A DNA stretch of 64,000 bases from Candidatus Poribacteria bacterium (GTDB taxonomy: Bacteria > Poribacteria > WGA-4E > JAJDTR01), in assembly GCA_965222225.1 (NCBI GenBank), contig CBDCTK010000002.1:5408001-5472000 (forward strand). The letters run 5' to 3'. Below the pieces are notes generated by a model. The model searched no databases. It saw nothing but the letters and a program-made list of their open reading frames with translations, and was not told where the DNA came from. The stretch's first letter is position 1, and each line of letters begins with the position of its first letter. Shown in pieces: positions 1 through 11,736 of the stretch. Made by a program: the position numbers and the translations under genes.

Positions 1-1
1 A

Positions 2-751
2 TACCTCGGTGTTGCATTTGCCTCGGACGTTTATCTGGGGTATCATGGACAAGAGGTGTTTGCCAATGAGGGAAGGAAAGAGAACATCCGCGTGGTAACG
101 CTGCTTTATATTGCGTACAACCAATTTTCCACGCTTGCCAATAGTAATGTGTACCAATTTGAGGATGTCGTCGGGAAAAAAGTCGCGATGGGTGCGGCAG
201 GTTCCGGCTCGGCGCAAACCTTTGAGCGGCTGGCAGCATTGGCGGGAATCCAAGGCAAATATACGCCTATTTACAAAGGCGGAATGGCGGGAGGCAACGC
301 ATTGCGAGATGGGCAAGTATCCGGTTTTCAGTGGTTGGTAAGTGCTCCCAACGCGGCGATTCTCGAAGTCTCCACGATTAAATCCATTCGACTCATTGAC
401 TTTGATGCGCCAGCTAAAAAATACGGCTTTTATGAAAAATACCCGTTCTATCTGTCGGGAACTCTGCCGGGAGGCGTCTACAAAGGAATAAATCAGCCTG
501 TCAATACACTCCTCATGCCAACGCTACTGATTGCGCATAAAGACACCGACGAGGCGATCATTCACTCGGCGTTAAAGCATGTGTACTCAAAAGAGGGGCA
601 TGCAACCCTGCGACATACTCACCACGCAGCCAAGGACATGACGGTTGAAAATGCCCCAATGGCATTTGTGATTCCGCTGCACCGCGGCGCATACCGATTC
701 TGGAATGAGCAGGGGGTCGAGGTTCCTGAAGCCGCCCAACCCATCGATTAG
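2..751 (+). CDS. TAXI-family TRAP transporter solute-binding protein (5'-truncated by window edge)
   Basis: Frame is open from base 2. Motifs GKKVAMGAAGSGS, ALRDGQV, LPGGVYKG and IPLHRGAYRFW are typical of TAXI receptors. Confidence 0.85.
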   Translation, partial: YLGVAFASDVYLGYHGQEVFANEGRKENIRVVTLLYIAYNQFSTLANSNVYQFEDVVGKKVAMGAAGSGSAQTFERLAALAGIQGKYTPIYKGGMAGGNALRDGQVSGFQWLVSAPNAAILEVSTIKSIRLIDFDAPAKKYGFYEKYPFYLSGTLPGGVYKGINQPVNTLLMPTLLIAHKDTDEAIIHSALKHVYSKEGHATLRHTHHAAKDMTVENAPMAFVIPLHRGAYRFWNEQGVEVPEAAQPID

Positions 752-816
752 AAGCATGTTAACGAATCTCCATCGTACCTAGACACATCAGACCGTCATT
801 GCGATTTTCGATAGAA

Positions 817-867
817 TAGGACTTACGCAGCTGAACACCCGGTAGGAGCGATCTCCGAATCGCGACC
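817..867 (+). repeat. MITE left end TAGGACTTACGCA followed by a GTAG-type REP-like hairpin
   Basis: The same 13-mer occurs at 18967 (one mismatch) and 31040. GTAGGAGCGATCTCCGAATCGCGACC at 842 resembles copies at 23999 and 31114. Confidence 0.6.
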
Positions 868-1085
868 GTGATTCACACCATTGATGCACTGTCATTTTTA
901 AGAGGTGGTATCACAACTCAAATAGCCAAGGAAGGCTTTTCCACTTAATACTCAAAGAGACTATTAGCATTTTATGGCATTTTCTGTAGGAGTTTGATTC
1001 ATCATAGTTGAGACGTTCCCCACTCTATGATAAGCCGCTAATCCGCGACACTCCGAATGTTCAATATCCTTAGATCTACTTGTCT

Positions 1086-1125
1086 GCTCTTCCATTCTTC
1101 CATTCTTCCATTCTTCCACATTCTC
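1086..1125 (+). repeat. Tandem 8-bp repeat (TTCTTCCA) x~4
   Basis: Read directly. Degenerate CTTCCA tracts also occur at ~10550 and ~26035-26090. Confidence 0.8.
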
Positions 1126-1133
1126 GCATCTAT

Positions 1134-3611
1134 TCATTTGAGTCGAATTCTTCTGGTTGTAGGTTCCAAGCAGGCCTCATCATTGCACGCTTGATAATGG
1201 AGTTCCAAATCAAGGGGCAAATCATTTTCATGTGAAACATCAGATTTTAGCTGGAGCATCATCGGTATTGTAATCTTTCCTTCGTACACAGACAGCGACT
1301 CCTCGCTGAAATCGAAATGCACAATCTCGCCTTCAGGATAATTCACGGAAACAACCTTTGCAGGTGCGTCGGGATTGAGCGAAACAGAGGTAGGAATAAG
1401 CATATCTTGAGATGCTGGGTTGGCGTTAACGTGCCACCCCTCGGCGATCTCAAGATGAATCTCCACATCAATGAGACGATAAGGAGGACCCTTCCCTAGT
1501 GGTTTGACGGACGCACTAACCTTCACAATTTCAGTTTCAGTGCCGGTAGTTAGAGGGGAAACGAGTGAAGGGATCAGCTGTTGTCGATTGAGAAGCGCCG
1601 AGACGGGTGATGAAGTTCTCTGTAACTCCGTCCAATCCTCTGCGAGATAACAGTTCGTTGCGAGGAGCATGTGCATAAACCCGCCAGAAGATTTCGACAT
1701 CATTCCCGCAAAGGTTTGCAGGGTTCTTTCTGCTAACTTAAGGTAGTTTCTTTCACCGGTTAACGCCGCGAGTGTCAAGAGGTTATTCGCGGCGACCGCG
1801 TTTCCCGACGGAATCGCTGAATCATACGGCTTTTTTGTGCGAACGAGCAGATGTTCCGCCCCCTCCAGCGTAAAATAAAACGCTCCATCTTTCTCATCCC
1901 GGAATAGCTCGACCATTGTATCAGTCAGAGCACGTGCCTCATTAAGCCAGTGCTTATCTCTTGTTGCCTGATACAGTCCGAGCAATCCTCGAACGAGGAA
2001 GGCGTAGTCATCAAGATATCCATCGTATTTGAGGACACCATCCCGATAAGTATGCATCAGTCCCCCGTTGGAGTTTTTCATATCTTCAAGAATGAACGTC
2101 GCCCCTTGCTCGGCGGCCTCACGATAGCGGACGTCCTTGAGCACTTCGTACCCGAGAGCAAATGCATCAATCATTAATCCATTCCAGTTCACAATTACCT
2201 TTGTATCGAGCAGCGGGCGCTCCCGTTTCTCTCTCGCGTTTAGCAGTTTCGCCTTGAGTGGTTCAAGCTGCATAAGCAATTTTTCTTCGGATTTCCCTTC
2301 TGCTTTTGCCACATTTGCAATCGGAGTAGGCAGATATAGGATATTCTTGCCTTCGAAGTTCGGTCCTTCCGTCACACCATAGACCTTCATCAACCGTTTC
2401 GACTCCCGCCGTCCAAGAACATCCCGAATCTCCTCTTCTGTCCAGACGTAGTATTTCCCCTCCTCCGCATCGGTTTCGGCATCAATCGCGGAATAAAAAC
2501 CGCCCTCGGGTGACGTCATCTCTCGGAACACAAATTCAAAAATTTCTTCGGCTACACGTCGATACAGTCGCTTCTGAGTCCGTTGATAGGCTTGTAGATA
2601 GACCTTAGCCAATTGCGCGTTGTCGTACAGCATCTTCTCAAAGTGTGGCACAAGCCACTTTGCATCGACTGAATACCGATGAAACCCGCCGCCAATCTGA
2701 TCGTACATCCCGCCGTACGCCATCATATCAAGCGTGTGAGTAATCATCTTGAGCAGCCGCTCATCTTCTGTGCGGTCATATTCGCTAAGTAGAAGTTCAA
2801 GATTCGTCGGCGATGGAAATTTTGGCGCATCGCCAAAACCGCCGTAGGCGGGAATGTAGCTTGACCGTAAGAATTCGATTGCGGATGAAATCAGTTTTCT
2901 CTCCAGAGCTGATTCATCCGTGTCGCCAAGACCTCCGCCTGTCGCCTGCCTGATCACCTCCGTAATCTTCAACCCGTGCTCAACGACCTCATCTCTCCGA
3001 TTCACCCAGTAATCGTGGAGAGTTTTTAGCACACGCGGAAAACCCGGACGGTTATGACTATCCACGGGCGGAAAGTAAGTTCCCGCGTAGAAGGGATGCA
3101 GATCCGGCGTAAGAAACACGGAATTGGGCCAACCCCCTGACCTCGTCATAATCTGAGTTGCCGTCATGTAGATTTCGTCAAGATCGGGGCGTTCCTCCCG
3201 ATCCACCTTGATGCTGATAAACATCTCGTTCATCATTCCCGCAATGTCGGGATCCGCGAATACTTTCCGCTCCATGACATGACACCAGTAGCAGGTTGAA
3301 TACCCGACCGAGAGAAAAATCGCTTTATCTTCCGCTTTTGCGCGTTCCAGTGCCTCCGGTCCCCACGGATACCAATCCACCGGGTTGTGCGCATGAAGCA
3401 GAAGATACGGGCTCGTCTCATTGATGAGTTTATTCGTCCATTTCCATGTACCGTCTGGATTTTTTAATGCCTGTTCCCCATGCTCATCCGTGGAAGCATG
3501 CACAAATCCGCCCAACCAGACGACAAAGTGACAAACGACGAACCATAAAGCCAATTGTGAAACGGTACGCGAAAAGCGGCAATCATGCGCCCAAATGTTC
3601 TTTTCCTTCAT
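1134..3611 (-). CDS. YyaL/SPATA20-like thioredoxin-domain + alpha/alpha-barrel protein with signal peptide and C-terminal DsbD-N-like domain
   Basis: [57 protein letters not shown]; C-terminal GWHVNANP...[10 protein letters not shown]. Confidence 0.9.
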   Translation of the reverse strand: MKEKNIWAHDCRFSRTVSQLALWFVVCHFVVWLGGFVHASTDEHGEQALKNPDGTWKWTNKLINETSPYLLLHAHNPVDWYPWGPEALERAKAEDKAIFLSVGYSTCYWCHVMERKVFADPDIAGMMNEMFISIKVDREERPDLDEIYMTATQIMTRSGGWPNSVFLTPDLHPFYAGTYFPPVDSHNRPGFPRVLKTLHDYWVNRRDEVVEHGLKITEVIRQATGGGLGDTDESALERKLISSAIEFLRSSYIPAYGGFGDAPKFPSPTNLELLLSEYDRTEDERLLKMITHTLDMMAYGGMYDQIGGGFHRYSVDAKWLVPHFEKMLYDNAQLAKVYLQAYQRTQKRLYRRVAEEIFEFVFREMTSPEGGFYSAIDAETDAEEGKYYVWTEEEIRDVLGRRESKRLMKVYGVTEGPNFEGKNILYLPTPIANVAKAEGKSEEKLLMQLEPLKAKLLNAREKRERPLLDTKVIVNWNGLMIDAFALGYEVLKDVRYREAAEQGATFILEDMKNSNGGLMHTYRDGVLKYDGYLDDYAFLVRGLLGLYQATRDKHWLNEARALTDTMVELFRDEKDGAFYFTLEGAEHLLVRTKKPYDSAIPSGNAVAANNLLTLAALTGERNYLKLAERTLQTFAGMMSKSSGGFMHMLLATNCYLAEDWTELQRTSSPVSALLNRQQLIPSLVSPLTTGTETEIVKVSASVKPLGKGPPYRLIDVEIHLEIAEGWHVNANPASQDMLIPTSVSLNPDAPAKVVSVNYPEGEIVHFDFSEESLSVYEGKITIPMMLQLKSDVSHENDLPLDLELHYQACNDEACLEPTTRRIRLK

Positions 3612-3662
3612 CTTTCCCCTGTAAGGTGCGAGCGACGATCGTCAAATCGTCGATTTCCTCTC

Positions 3663-3839
3663 CTATCTGTCAGACTGCGTCTGATTCTCTAAATTTCGAA
3701 CAGCTTTTGCCAGTCTTTCGTGTGCATCAGCGAGCCTCTCATGTGCCCGCATGGCGCGCCACACAACCGTAGTATAAAAGATTGACACCGATATCCCAAT
3801 CAGAAACATGAATAAAAATACTGCCAAACCGTCCATCAT
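3663..3839 (-). CDS. Small single-pass membrane protein (58 aa, not in ORF track)
   Basis: Manual translation MMDGLAVFLFMFLIGISVSIFYTTVVWRAMRAHERLADAHERLAKAVRNLENQTQSDR: TM helix plus coiled coil, co-oriented with neighbours. Confidence 0.6.
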   Translation of the reverse strand: MMDGLAVFLFMFLIGISVSIFYTTVVWRAMRAHERLADAHERLAKAVRNLENQTQSDR

Positions 3840-3934
3840 CAGCTTCTTTCTCGGTTCTACCTATACTTAGGACATCATCATAGTTACCCATTTCAGATTT
3901 CAGTTTGCGTTAGTACGAAATTGTGTGGTTCCCA

Positions 3935-3955
3935 GTAGGGTGCGCACTGCGCACC
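3935..3955 (+). repeat. GTAG-family REP (GTAGGGTGCGCACTGCGCACC)
   Basis: GTAG tetranucleotide plus palindrome. Near-identical copies at 10430, 22260, 29424 and 37524. Confidence 0.85.
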
Positions 3956-3973
3956 AGCCTTTTTCTAAATTAT

Positions 3974-5179
3974 TTACTCATGTTTCATCTTCTGGAAATG
4001 GCTGAGGCGGGACTCTTCCCGCCTCAGCCATTTCTCGACACGGTTTTCATCCGGTATGACGTTGAACAGGTTATTCGCGCCAATCTTGATTCTGCCGTAG
4101 TCGCCTAATCCGTAACTAATCTGAACGTCAGTGAGATACTTCGGCGTGAAGGTTTGGCTCTTGCCGCCGTCAATAACGGTGTATTCCCCGTATCGATGCA
4201 CTGCGTAATCCACGGTGAGAGCGTTGCCTGTATATCTGGTTGCCATCGAAATTCGGTCTTTCGGTTGCCATGTTTCTACTATGGAGCGGTCTTGCTCGGT
4301 AAATAGCGACTCGGGAAGATTCGCGGGAAGATTCACGTACGTAATCTCCGTTTCCGTGTAGTTTGCAGCGAAGCTAAACGCAAGTGACGCTTGCTCTAAC
4401 ACGGGATAGGTATACGACGCGACAAAATCTATTCCCCGCGTTTGGGTGTCTGCCGCATTCATGAAGAATTGTGCGCCCGCAACTCCTGAATCTGCGAGAC
4501 TCTCTCGAATTTCTGTTGGTTGGCTGCCTGTCTCGATATTCGAATGCACCATGAATCGTCCCATCTTCGCCGAACTTGAACCCTTTGTGGGCATTCAACG
4601 AGAAGGTTTCACCATCTCCCTCGTAAGTCGAGCCGTAAGAGTAGCCAAACGCACCTTCGTAGTCGTCCTTGAGCACGAGGTCGATAACCCCTGCGAGCGC
4701 ATCCGAACCGTACTGCGCCGAGGCCCCATCGCGCAAAATCTCAATTCGTTTAATCGCGCTCGCCGGAATCGCGTTCATGTCTACGCCCGCCGTGCCTTGA
4801 CCAACCGAAGTATTGACGTGAATCAACGCACTCCCGTGCCGCCGCTTCCCGTTGACGAGTACAAGCACCTGATCGGGTCCCAAGCCCCTAAGCGTCGCGG
4901 GCGCAGCGCATCCGTTCCGTCGCTAATTGAGGAACTCGAAAAGTTAAACGACGGCGCCAATGTCTGCAGCACTCGCCCGACTTCGGTATGTCCCGTTTTT
5001 CGGATTTCGTCCTCGTTGATGACGTCAACCGGTACTGGCGAATCAAGCCGACTCCGCTCGGGCACGCGCGTACCAATGGTGATAATCTCTTCAAGTTCGA
5101 TAGGGGCTTCCTCTTCTTCCTGTGCGGCGAGTGAAGAAGAAAACAGTACAATAACTGAAAGAACTACAAGAATCTTCAA
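3974..5179 (-). pseudogene. TonB-dependent receptor remnant (plug domain + barrel C-terminus; large internal deletion and frameshifts)
   Basis: Three frames give: LEEIITIGTR...SPVPVDVI; LVNGKRRH...IEILRDGASAQYGSDALAGVI; and C-terminal IGANNLFNV. Most of the barrel is missing at ~4515. Confidence 0.85.
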
Positions 5180-5226
5180 CGCGGCTAATCCTCATTTGAT
5201 GTTGAATAATTAAAAACTTGAGCAGA

Positions 5227-5411
5227 ATCGCCGCTCTACTCGGCAAGTTACTTCTCCCCGGACGACGCCAAGTGATGATGCAAGTAGTAACGACCCGGTG
5301 ATTCCAATCGCGATCGTCAGGCCTCCCTTAAGTGGCAGCGGGGCGAAACTTCTGCGGGACAACAGGTTCACGGTGGCACCTCCGTAGTCGGTAGGTCGGC
5401 AAGAGCGCGAT
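5227..5411 (-). ncRNA. Candidate structured RNA / leader (185 nt), family unassigned
   Basis: On the - strand the ends pair (ATCGCGCTCT / AGAGCGGCGAT) and an inner stem CGGA-GGTGCCA / TGGCGTC-G-TCCG uses G-U pairs. It lies just upstream of the TBDR start. Confidence 0.35.
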
Positions 5412-5602
5412 GGAGAAGGAATTCGGTTAGTCTAACAATGCATTCTACTACAACCAGTAGTCGAAATCAAGCAGATATCAGTGGAAACCCAGTGCAATCA
5501 CACCTGATTCTAGCAATCTTTAATTATCAAATCGTCGATTTCTCCTATTCTCGTTCAATCGTTGCTCCCATCCTGAACTTTAGGATTCACACACCTGAGA
5601 CT

Positions 5603-5627
5603 GTAGGGAACGCAGATCTGCGTTCCT
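5603..5627 (+). repeat. GTAG-family REP with perfect palindrome GGAACGCAGA-TCTGCGTTCC
   Basis: Read directly. Confidence 0.75.
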
Positions 5628-5881
5628 TGTCTGCTTTTCTGTTACCGCCCGTACTCGCATTATCGTTTCAGATAGGAGAGAAACCTTAGTCTTATTGTTT
5701 TTATTGACGCGACTCTCTACATGGATTAGGATTGAAGTAGGAAGATCAATTAATCTACCCACGCTCAGGGATGGGTTCTCGAAAGACTCGATTTTTCTGC
5801 AATAGTTGCCAACTCGGCGTAAATGTTAGGCGTTGTTAAAGTCCCAATCGCGTCAACGTCACCAACTAAGGCGAAACGCGT

Positions 5882-8800
5882 ATGAATCAAACCCCTCTAT
5901 CGCAATTCCATCCACTCGTCGCGAAATGGTTTACAAACACGATTGGTGTGCCGACAGATGCCCAAATGCAGGCATGGCCCAAAATTGCCGACGGCGAACA
6001 TGTCCTGATTACCGCGCCGACCGGTAGCGGCAAGACCCTGACAGCCTTTCTCTGGGCAATCAATCAACTGGTCACGGAGGAATTGCCCATCGGACACACC
6101 AGCGTCCTCTATGTCTCACCCCTGAAAGCGCTCAACAACGACATCCGCAGAAACCTTCTTGAGCCGCTGCGGGGATTGAGGCAGGTCTTCGAAGATGCGG
6201 GGCACCCCCTTCCCAATATCCGGGTTTTGACCCGTAGTGGAGACACGCCGCATTCCGATCGGCGTCAGATGCAGCGCCACCCGCCCGAAATTCTCATCAC
6301 CACCCCGGAGAGCCTGAATCTTCTCCTGAGTTCCGGTGGTGGAAGACCCATCCTGACAAAGATCTCTACCGTAATTCTCGACGAGATTCACGCCGTTTTC
6401 GGTACAAAGCGCGGGACGCATCTGATCACTGCCGTAGACCGTCTCGTACGGCTCTCTGGTGAATTTCAGCGAATCGCACTGTCCGCTACGATTCGACCTA
6501 TGGAAACGGTTGCCGAGTTTGTTGGCGGATACACGGCAGATGGTAACCCGCATAGTCCGACATATACGCCGAGATCTGTGACGGCAATTTCTTCCAAAGC
6601 CGATAAGCAGTACGAGGTGCAGGTCCGATATCCGGGTGAAGCCGCCGAAGATCCGGGACGCGAATCGTTCTGGGATCCGCTCGTTGAAGACTTCAAGAAA
6701 ATCATCAACCAGCATCGGTCAACCCTGCTGTTCGCTAATAGCAGAAGGCTCTGTGAGCGGCTGACACTGATGATGAACGCGGAAGAGGAGGGGCAGATTG
6801 CCTATGCGCATCACGGATCCTTGTCGCGCGAGATTCGCGAATCGGTTGAAGCCAAACTCAAAGCTGGCGAATTGAAAGCCATCGTTGCAACCAGCTCGCT
6901 GGAAATGGGCATTGACATCGGCTCACTGGATGAAGTCGTCCTTATCCAATCACCGTTCTCGATATCGTCGGCGATTCAGCGAATCGGTCGTGCCGGACAC
7001 CAAGTCGGCGAAGTAAGCCGTGCGACGGTTTTTCCAACGCACTCGCGCGATTTCCTTGATGCCGCCGTTCTCGCGGAAGCCATCGGAGGACAAGCAATCG
7101 AGGCTATCAAACCTGTCAAGTGTCCCCTTGATGTTCTGTCCCAGATAATCGTCTCAATGGTGGCGATGCAGACGTGGGACATTGATGAACTCTACGCCCA
7201 CCTGAGGACGAGCTATCCCTATCGTCACTTGGGACGTGAACAGTTTGGCCAAGTGTTGAATATGTTGGCGGGTCGTTACGCAGACAGCCGTATCCGCGAA
7301 CTCAAACCGCGTGTTTCGATTGACCGGCTCGATAACACCGTGTCCGCTAGGAAAGGCGCTGTACAGGCAGTCTACATGTTCGGTGGCACCATACCCGATC
7401 GCGGCTATTTCCACATGCGTCACGCCGAAACCAATGCCCGAATCGGTGAGCTTGACGAGGAGTTTGTTTGGGAGAATGGCGAAGGGAGTGTCTTCACCCT
7501 CGGCACGCAGACTTGGAGAGTCGAGCGCGTGACCCATAGCGATGTTTTCGTTCTGCCAAACCGATCTGCTCAGAAGGACACCCCGTTCTGGCGTGCGGAA
7601 GATCACGGTAGGGATTTCCACTTCTCCGAACGTATCGGCCTCTTTCTTGAAGAGGCAAACACACGGCTCGACAATCCCGAGTATCTTGACGACTTGCAGC
7701 GCCTAAACTGCATGGATGCGACCGCCGCGGCGCAACTGGTAGAATTCCTCCAAAGACAGAAGGATGCCACGGATTGCGACCTCCCGCATCGACACCACCT
7801 ACTCGTCGAAATCGTTCAAACCGGTCATGAAGGTGTGCCGGGAAATCAGGTCGTCATTCATACCTTCTGGGGCGCCAAAGTCAATCGTCCGTATGGTGTG
7901 GCGCTCACGTCGGCATGGGCGGACAGGTTTGGATATCAACTCGAAGTTCACGCAACCGATGATAGCGTTGTCCTGATGCTCCCTGACGAGCTGCCCCCTG
8001 CCGAACTCCTCTCCCTCGTGACGAGTGCTACGCTCCAACCTCTGCTTCGCAGACAACTTGAAGGCTCGGGTTTCTTCTGCGCAAGATTTAGAGAGTGTGC
8101 CGGAACGTCGTTGCTCTTGACATCCGGCGGCAAGATGAACCAACGCATGCCGCTCTGGTTGAGCCGACTTCGGTCACAGAAACTGATGACCGCCGTGATG
8201 CAGTACGAGGATTTCCCAATCCTTCTTGAGACGTGGCGTACCTGCCTTCAAGACGAGTTCGATCTGGATAGCCTCCAGCAAGTGCTCGCCGAGCTTGAAT
8301 CCGGATCTATTCGCTGGACAGCCGTACACACCGCCTACGCCAGCCCGATGGCGCAAAACGCCTCGTGGCGGCAAATAAACGAGTACATGTACATGGGCGA
8401 CTATTCCGCGGCGACCACTGCCTCGATGCTCCGAAATGACCTCTTGCGCGATGTCGTGTTTACGCCGGGGTTGCGTCCAACCGTTTCCCAAACCCTCGTC
8501 CGCCAGTTTGAACAGAAACGCCAACGACTCAGCCCGGGATATTCCCCCCAGACTGCGGTCGATCTAATCAATTGGGTAAAAGAACGGTTGCTCATCCCCG
8601 CGCCGGAATGGGAGGCGCTTCTTGGCGCCATTCGTAACGATCACCACCTCGAACCGGACGAGATTCTCTCGCCTATAGCCGACAAGATTGTGCGAATAAA
8701 GCCGCCGGACGCCTCTGATTCACTGATTGTTGCTCTAGAAATGATGCCCCGAATCCGTGCTCTCTACGACGATATAGAAACGCTCGAATATGAATCGCTG

Positions 8801-10417
8801 GGTAATCCTAAAGCCCTGCTCCGCCTCAAGTCTCAAGATGAGCACGCCGATTCCTCGGTGGTTGACGATGCCCAAGAGTTATCCTCGCTCATCGGTGAAT
8901 CGTTGCAGTTTTATGGTCCCACGACGTCCGAGTACATGCAAAAAACCCTTGGCATTGGGGAGGATCAACTTAGTTTGGCGCTGGACGACCTCGTAGATTC
9001 GCAGAAAATCATCATCGGTCAACTTGTGGAGGATGCCGTCGGCGAAACCCTTTGTGACGGCGAAAACTTTGAAATACTCTTGCGCCTCACACGGCGGGAT
9101 GCGACGCCGAGCTTTGAACCGCTGGAAATTGAGTGGCTGGAGGTGTTCCTTGCCACCTTCCAGAAGTTGACAACCCCTGCAGACGATCTTGACGGTCTAC
9201 TGGGTACCATTGAGCAGTTGGCTTGCTATCCCGCAACGGCAGGATTGTGGGAATCGGAAATTCTGCCTGCCAGATCTCGCGCTTATAACACGTCGTGGCT
9301 CGATTCCGCCATGATGGAAGGCAGCCTCAGGTGGATAGGCGGCGAAAATCGCCGCGTGACGTTCTACTTTGAAGAGGATTTCGACCTGATGCAGGAGGAA
9401 ATCGCTGAAAACGTGTCGCACCAAATTGAATCTAATCGCGAGATTGACGTTGGGGCACACCACGTTCAAACGCGCAAAGATAGTGGTCTCGACAGTCTCT
9501 TTCCGGACGAAACAGGACGGTACGATTTCTCCGCTCTGCTCCGAACGTCAGGCATGAATGCTGCGCGATTAACGGATCGCCTCTGGGAATTTGTCTGGGA
9601 TGGACACGTGGCAAACGACACCTTCTTGGCGCTCCGAAGAGGGGTACTGAGCAAATTCAAGCCGCCAGAAATTGGCGTAGACAAAGGGCGTGCAAGAGGT
9701 CGCCGAATCAGCCACCGAGCTGAATTTGCCAGATGGAAAGGTTCAAGCTCCTATGTCGGCAACTGGTATCGGCTGTCGCAAATTGACCTCTCAGATGACA
9801 TCGTTGAATCCGAGGAACGCAAAAAAGACCGCGCAAGGTTGCTGCTTGACCGATACGGGATTCTGTTTCGCGAGTTGCTTCAGAGAGAGTTGCCTGCGTT
9901 CCGCTGGTCGAACATTTTTCGCTCTTTGCGAATCATGGAGTTATCTGGAGAGGTATTGGCGGGCTACTTCTTTCACGGCATACCCGGCCCCCAGTTCATC
10001 TCGCATCAGGCGTTTCGAATGTTGAGCCGCCAACTTCCCGACGACAAAGTTTACTGGATAAATGCCGCCGATCCGGTTTCAATGTGCGGCGTCCAGCTTG
10101 ACGCCGTCAAAGGAACGATGCCCAAACGTATTCCCGGCACACACCTCGTCTATCGGGGACGCCGGATTGTCATGATATCCAAGCGGAATGGCAAGGCGCT
10201 GAAATTCAATGTGCCATGCGACGACCCCCAAATGCAAGAGTACCTCGGCGTCCTGCATCACCTTCTCAAGCGAGAATTTCAACCAATCCACCGCATCACC
10301 ATTGAAACCATCAACGGCGAAGACGCCGCGCGCAGCCCATACGCCGACCCGCTCCGCACCGCCTTCGAGGTAACGGTCGATTATAAGCATCTGATTCTCT
10401 ACCGCAAATTGATTTAG
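5882..10417 (+). CDS. lhr: Lhr-family SF2 helicase (long form)
   Basis: APTGSGKT, DEIH, LSAT, HHGSLS, QRIGRAGH, GTIPDRG, IGELDEEFV; C-terminal LLDRYGILFRE...GYF. Confidence 0.92.
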   Translation: MNQTPLSQFHPLVAKWFTNTIGVPTDAQMQAWPKIADGEHVLITAPTGSGKTLTAFLWAINQLVTEELPIGHTSVLYVSPLKALNNDIRRNLLEPLRGLRQVFEDAGHPLPNIRVLTRSGDTPHSDRRQMQRHPPEILITTPESLNLLLSSGGGRPILTKISTVILDEIHAVFGTKRGTHLITAVDRLVRLSGEFQRIALSATIRPMETVAEFVGGYTADGNPHSPTYTPRSVTAISSKADKQYEVQVRYPGEAAEDPGRESFWDPLVEDFKKIINQHRSTLLFANSRRLCERLTLMMNAEEEGQIAYAHHGSLSREIRESVEAKLKAGELKAIVATSSLEMGIDIGSLDEVVLIQSPFSISSAIQRIGRAGHQVGEVSRATVFPTHSRDFLDAAVLAEAIGGQAIEAIKPVKCPLDVLSQIIVSMVAMQTWDIDELYAHLRTSYPYRHLGREQFGQVLNMLAGRYADSRIRELKPRVSIDRLDNTVSARKGAVQAVYMFGGTIPDRGYFHMRHAETNARIGELDEEFVWENGEGSVFTLGTQTWRVERVTHSDVFVLPNRSAQKDTPFWRAEDHGRDFHFSERIGLFLEEANTRLDNPEYLDDLQRLNCMDATAAAQLVEFLQRQKDATDCDLPHRHHLLVEIVQTGHEGVPGNQVVIHTFWGAKVNRPYGVALTSAWADRFGYQLEVHATDDSVVLMLPDELPPAELLSLVTSATLQPLLRRQLEGSGFFCARFRECAGTSLLLTSGGKMNQRMPLWLSRLRSQKLMTAVMQYEDFPILLETWRTCLQDEFDLDSLQQVLAELESGSIRWTAVHTAYASPMAQNASWRQINEYMYMGDYSAATTASMLRNDLLRDVVFTPGLRPTVSQTLVRQFEQKRQRLSPGYSPQTAVDLINWVKERLLIPAPEWEALLGAIRNDHHLEPDEILSPIADKIVRIKPPDASDSLIVALEMMPRIRALYDDIETLEYESLGNPKALLRLKSQDEHADSSVVDDAQELSSLIGESLQFYGPTTSEYMQKTLGIGEDQLSLALDDLVDSQKIIIGQLVEDAVGETLCDGENFEILLRLTRRDATPSFEPLEIEWLEVFLATFQKLTTPADDLDGLLGTIEQLACYPATAGLWESEILPARSRAYNTSWLDSAMMEGSLRWIGGENRRVTFYFEEDFDLMQEEIAENVSHQIESNREIDVGAHHVQTRKDSGLDSLFPDETGRYDFSALLRTSGMNAARLTDRLWEFVWDGHVANDTFLALRRGVLSKFKPPEIGVDKGRARGRRISHRAEFARWKGSSSYVGNWYRLSQIDLSDDIVESEERKKDRARLLLDRYGILFRELLQRELPAFRWSNIFRSLRIMELSGEVLAGYFFHGIPGPQFISHQAFRMLSRQLPDDKVYWINAADPVSMCGVQLDAVKGTMPKRIPGTHLVYRGRRIVMISKRNGKALKFNVPCDDPQMQEYLGVLHHLLKREFQPIHRITIETINGEDAARSPYADPLRTAFEVTVDYKHLILYRKLI

Positions 10418-10429
10418 TTACGGCCTTTT

Positions 10430-10450
10430 GTAGGGTGCGCACTGCGCACC
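10430..10450 (+). repeat. GTAG REP downstream of lhr, followed by a T-run (could also act as terminator)
   Basis: GTAGGGTGCGCACTGCGCACC followed by AGCCTTTTTT. Confidence 0.8.
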
Positions 10451-10640
10451 AGCCTTTTTTCTTGAAACCTCGGTTTCTGCCTTAATCACACAGATGAGAG
10501 ACGAATATGCACTCCGTTTGACACACAGGTTGGAAGGGAATCCCCAAGTCTTCCACTCTTCCCACCTTCCAAGTTTCCTATTCTCTTGAATGACTTTTCT
10601 GCGTATCTGAGCACTTCCTTTCACGACGGAGGATTACACT

Positions 10641-11658
10641 ATGCCTAAAAAATACCTGTTTGGAATCTTCGTTCTAGCCGTAATGATAACCGACCTCGCC
10701 TTGGCACAAAACGAGACAGGCAGGTTGGTCTTCGCCGTCCGCAAACCCTTTCCGCATCGGGACGGCTTCCGAGCCGCAACCGGGACGCTGGAAAAAGGTC
10801 GCGGTACGACGAAATGGTGGGAATTCTATCAATATGACATTTGCACGATGAATCCGGACGGCACAGAATTCCGCCAGCTCACGGACGATGGGCTTTCCCG
10901 TAGACCCCGATGGAACGCTGATTGCGTACATATCCGGGGTTGATGAGGCGGAAGCGCTCTATGTGATGGAGGCAGACGGCGCCGAGAAGGTGCGGCTTGT
11001 AAAAAAACAGTACCGCATTCACGATTTCAGATGGTCTCCTCGTGGTGTTGCGGTTCTCGTTGTGGTCGAGATTGACCGTCCAAAAGATCGACTGGAAAAT
11101 TGGGTCGTAACAGTCGACGCTAAATCGACCAAACGTTGGAGAACCCACAGATGGGCGGCAGGGTGGTTTCACTGGGATGCGGAAGGCGAGGAAATCAAAG
11201 AGCCGAAAAACAAGCTGCTTGAGGCATTGCCAAAAGGCGTAAAATGGCCCGAGTGGTCCCCCGACCGCAATTGGATTGCCTTCACGACCGAAGGCTTCCT
11301 TGCGATCGCGCAGCCGGAAGTCGTCGGCACGACGGGGTTATGGTTCCTCCAACGCTACGAGCCGCCATGTCAACGAATAGAGCGGTGGTCACCCGATGGC
11401 AGCCAAATCCTGTTCTATACAGCGGGTGAAATCTGCGTCGCAACCGTAGAAAACGGAAAATTCAAGAACTACCAAAATCTGAGCCTGTACCGAGGCAGGG
11501 ATGCGACATGGAGTCCCGATGGGAACCAGGTTGGATTCATCGGCCAAGATCGCGGCGGTAGACGCACCAGCGAAATTTTCATTATCGATGTTGGAACTGG
11601 CGCGGTGACACAGATCACATCAACCAGTGACGATTTCTACAACCTTCATTGGCGTTAG
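10641..11658 (+). pseudogene. Secreted TolB-like (PD40) beta-propeller protein, frameshifted at ~10910
   Basis: Signal peptide in ORF 10641 and WSPDG repeats in ORF 10888. The frames switch inside the expected RPRWSPDG motif. Confidence 0.75.
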
Positions 11659-11736
11659 TTCAAATTCCTCCGTAGGAGAGGCATCCCTGCCCGGCGAGCT
11701 CCCTAACTGCTCGGTCTGGATTGACAAATCCAGACC

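Noticed and set aside
5227-5411. Cobalamin or TPP riboswitch call for the TBDR leader
   Set aside because: Only fragments resemble them (AGGUGC, GCCACU..GGGAGGC, UGAACCUG). The core motifs AGGGAA/AGYCAG and CUGAGA are absent.
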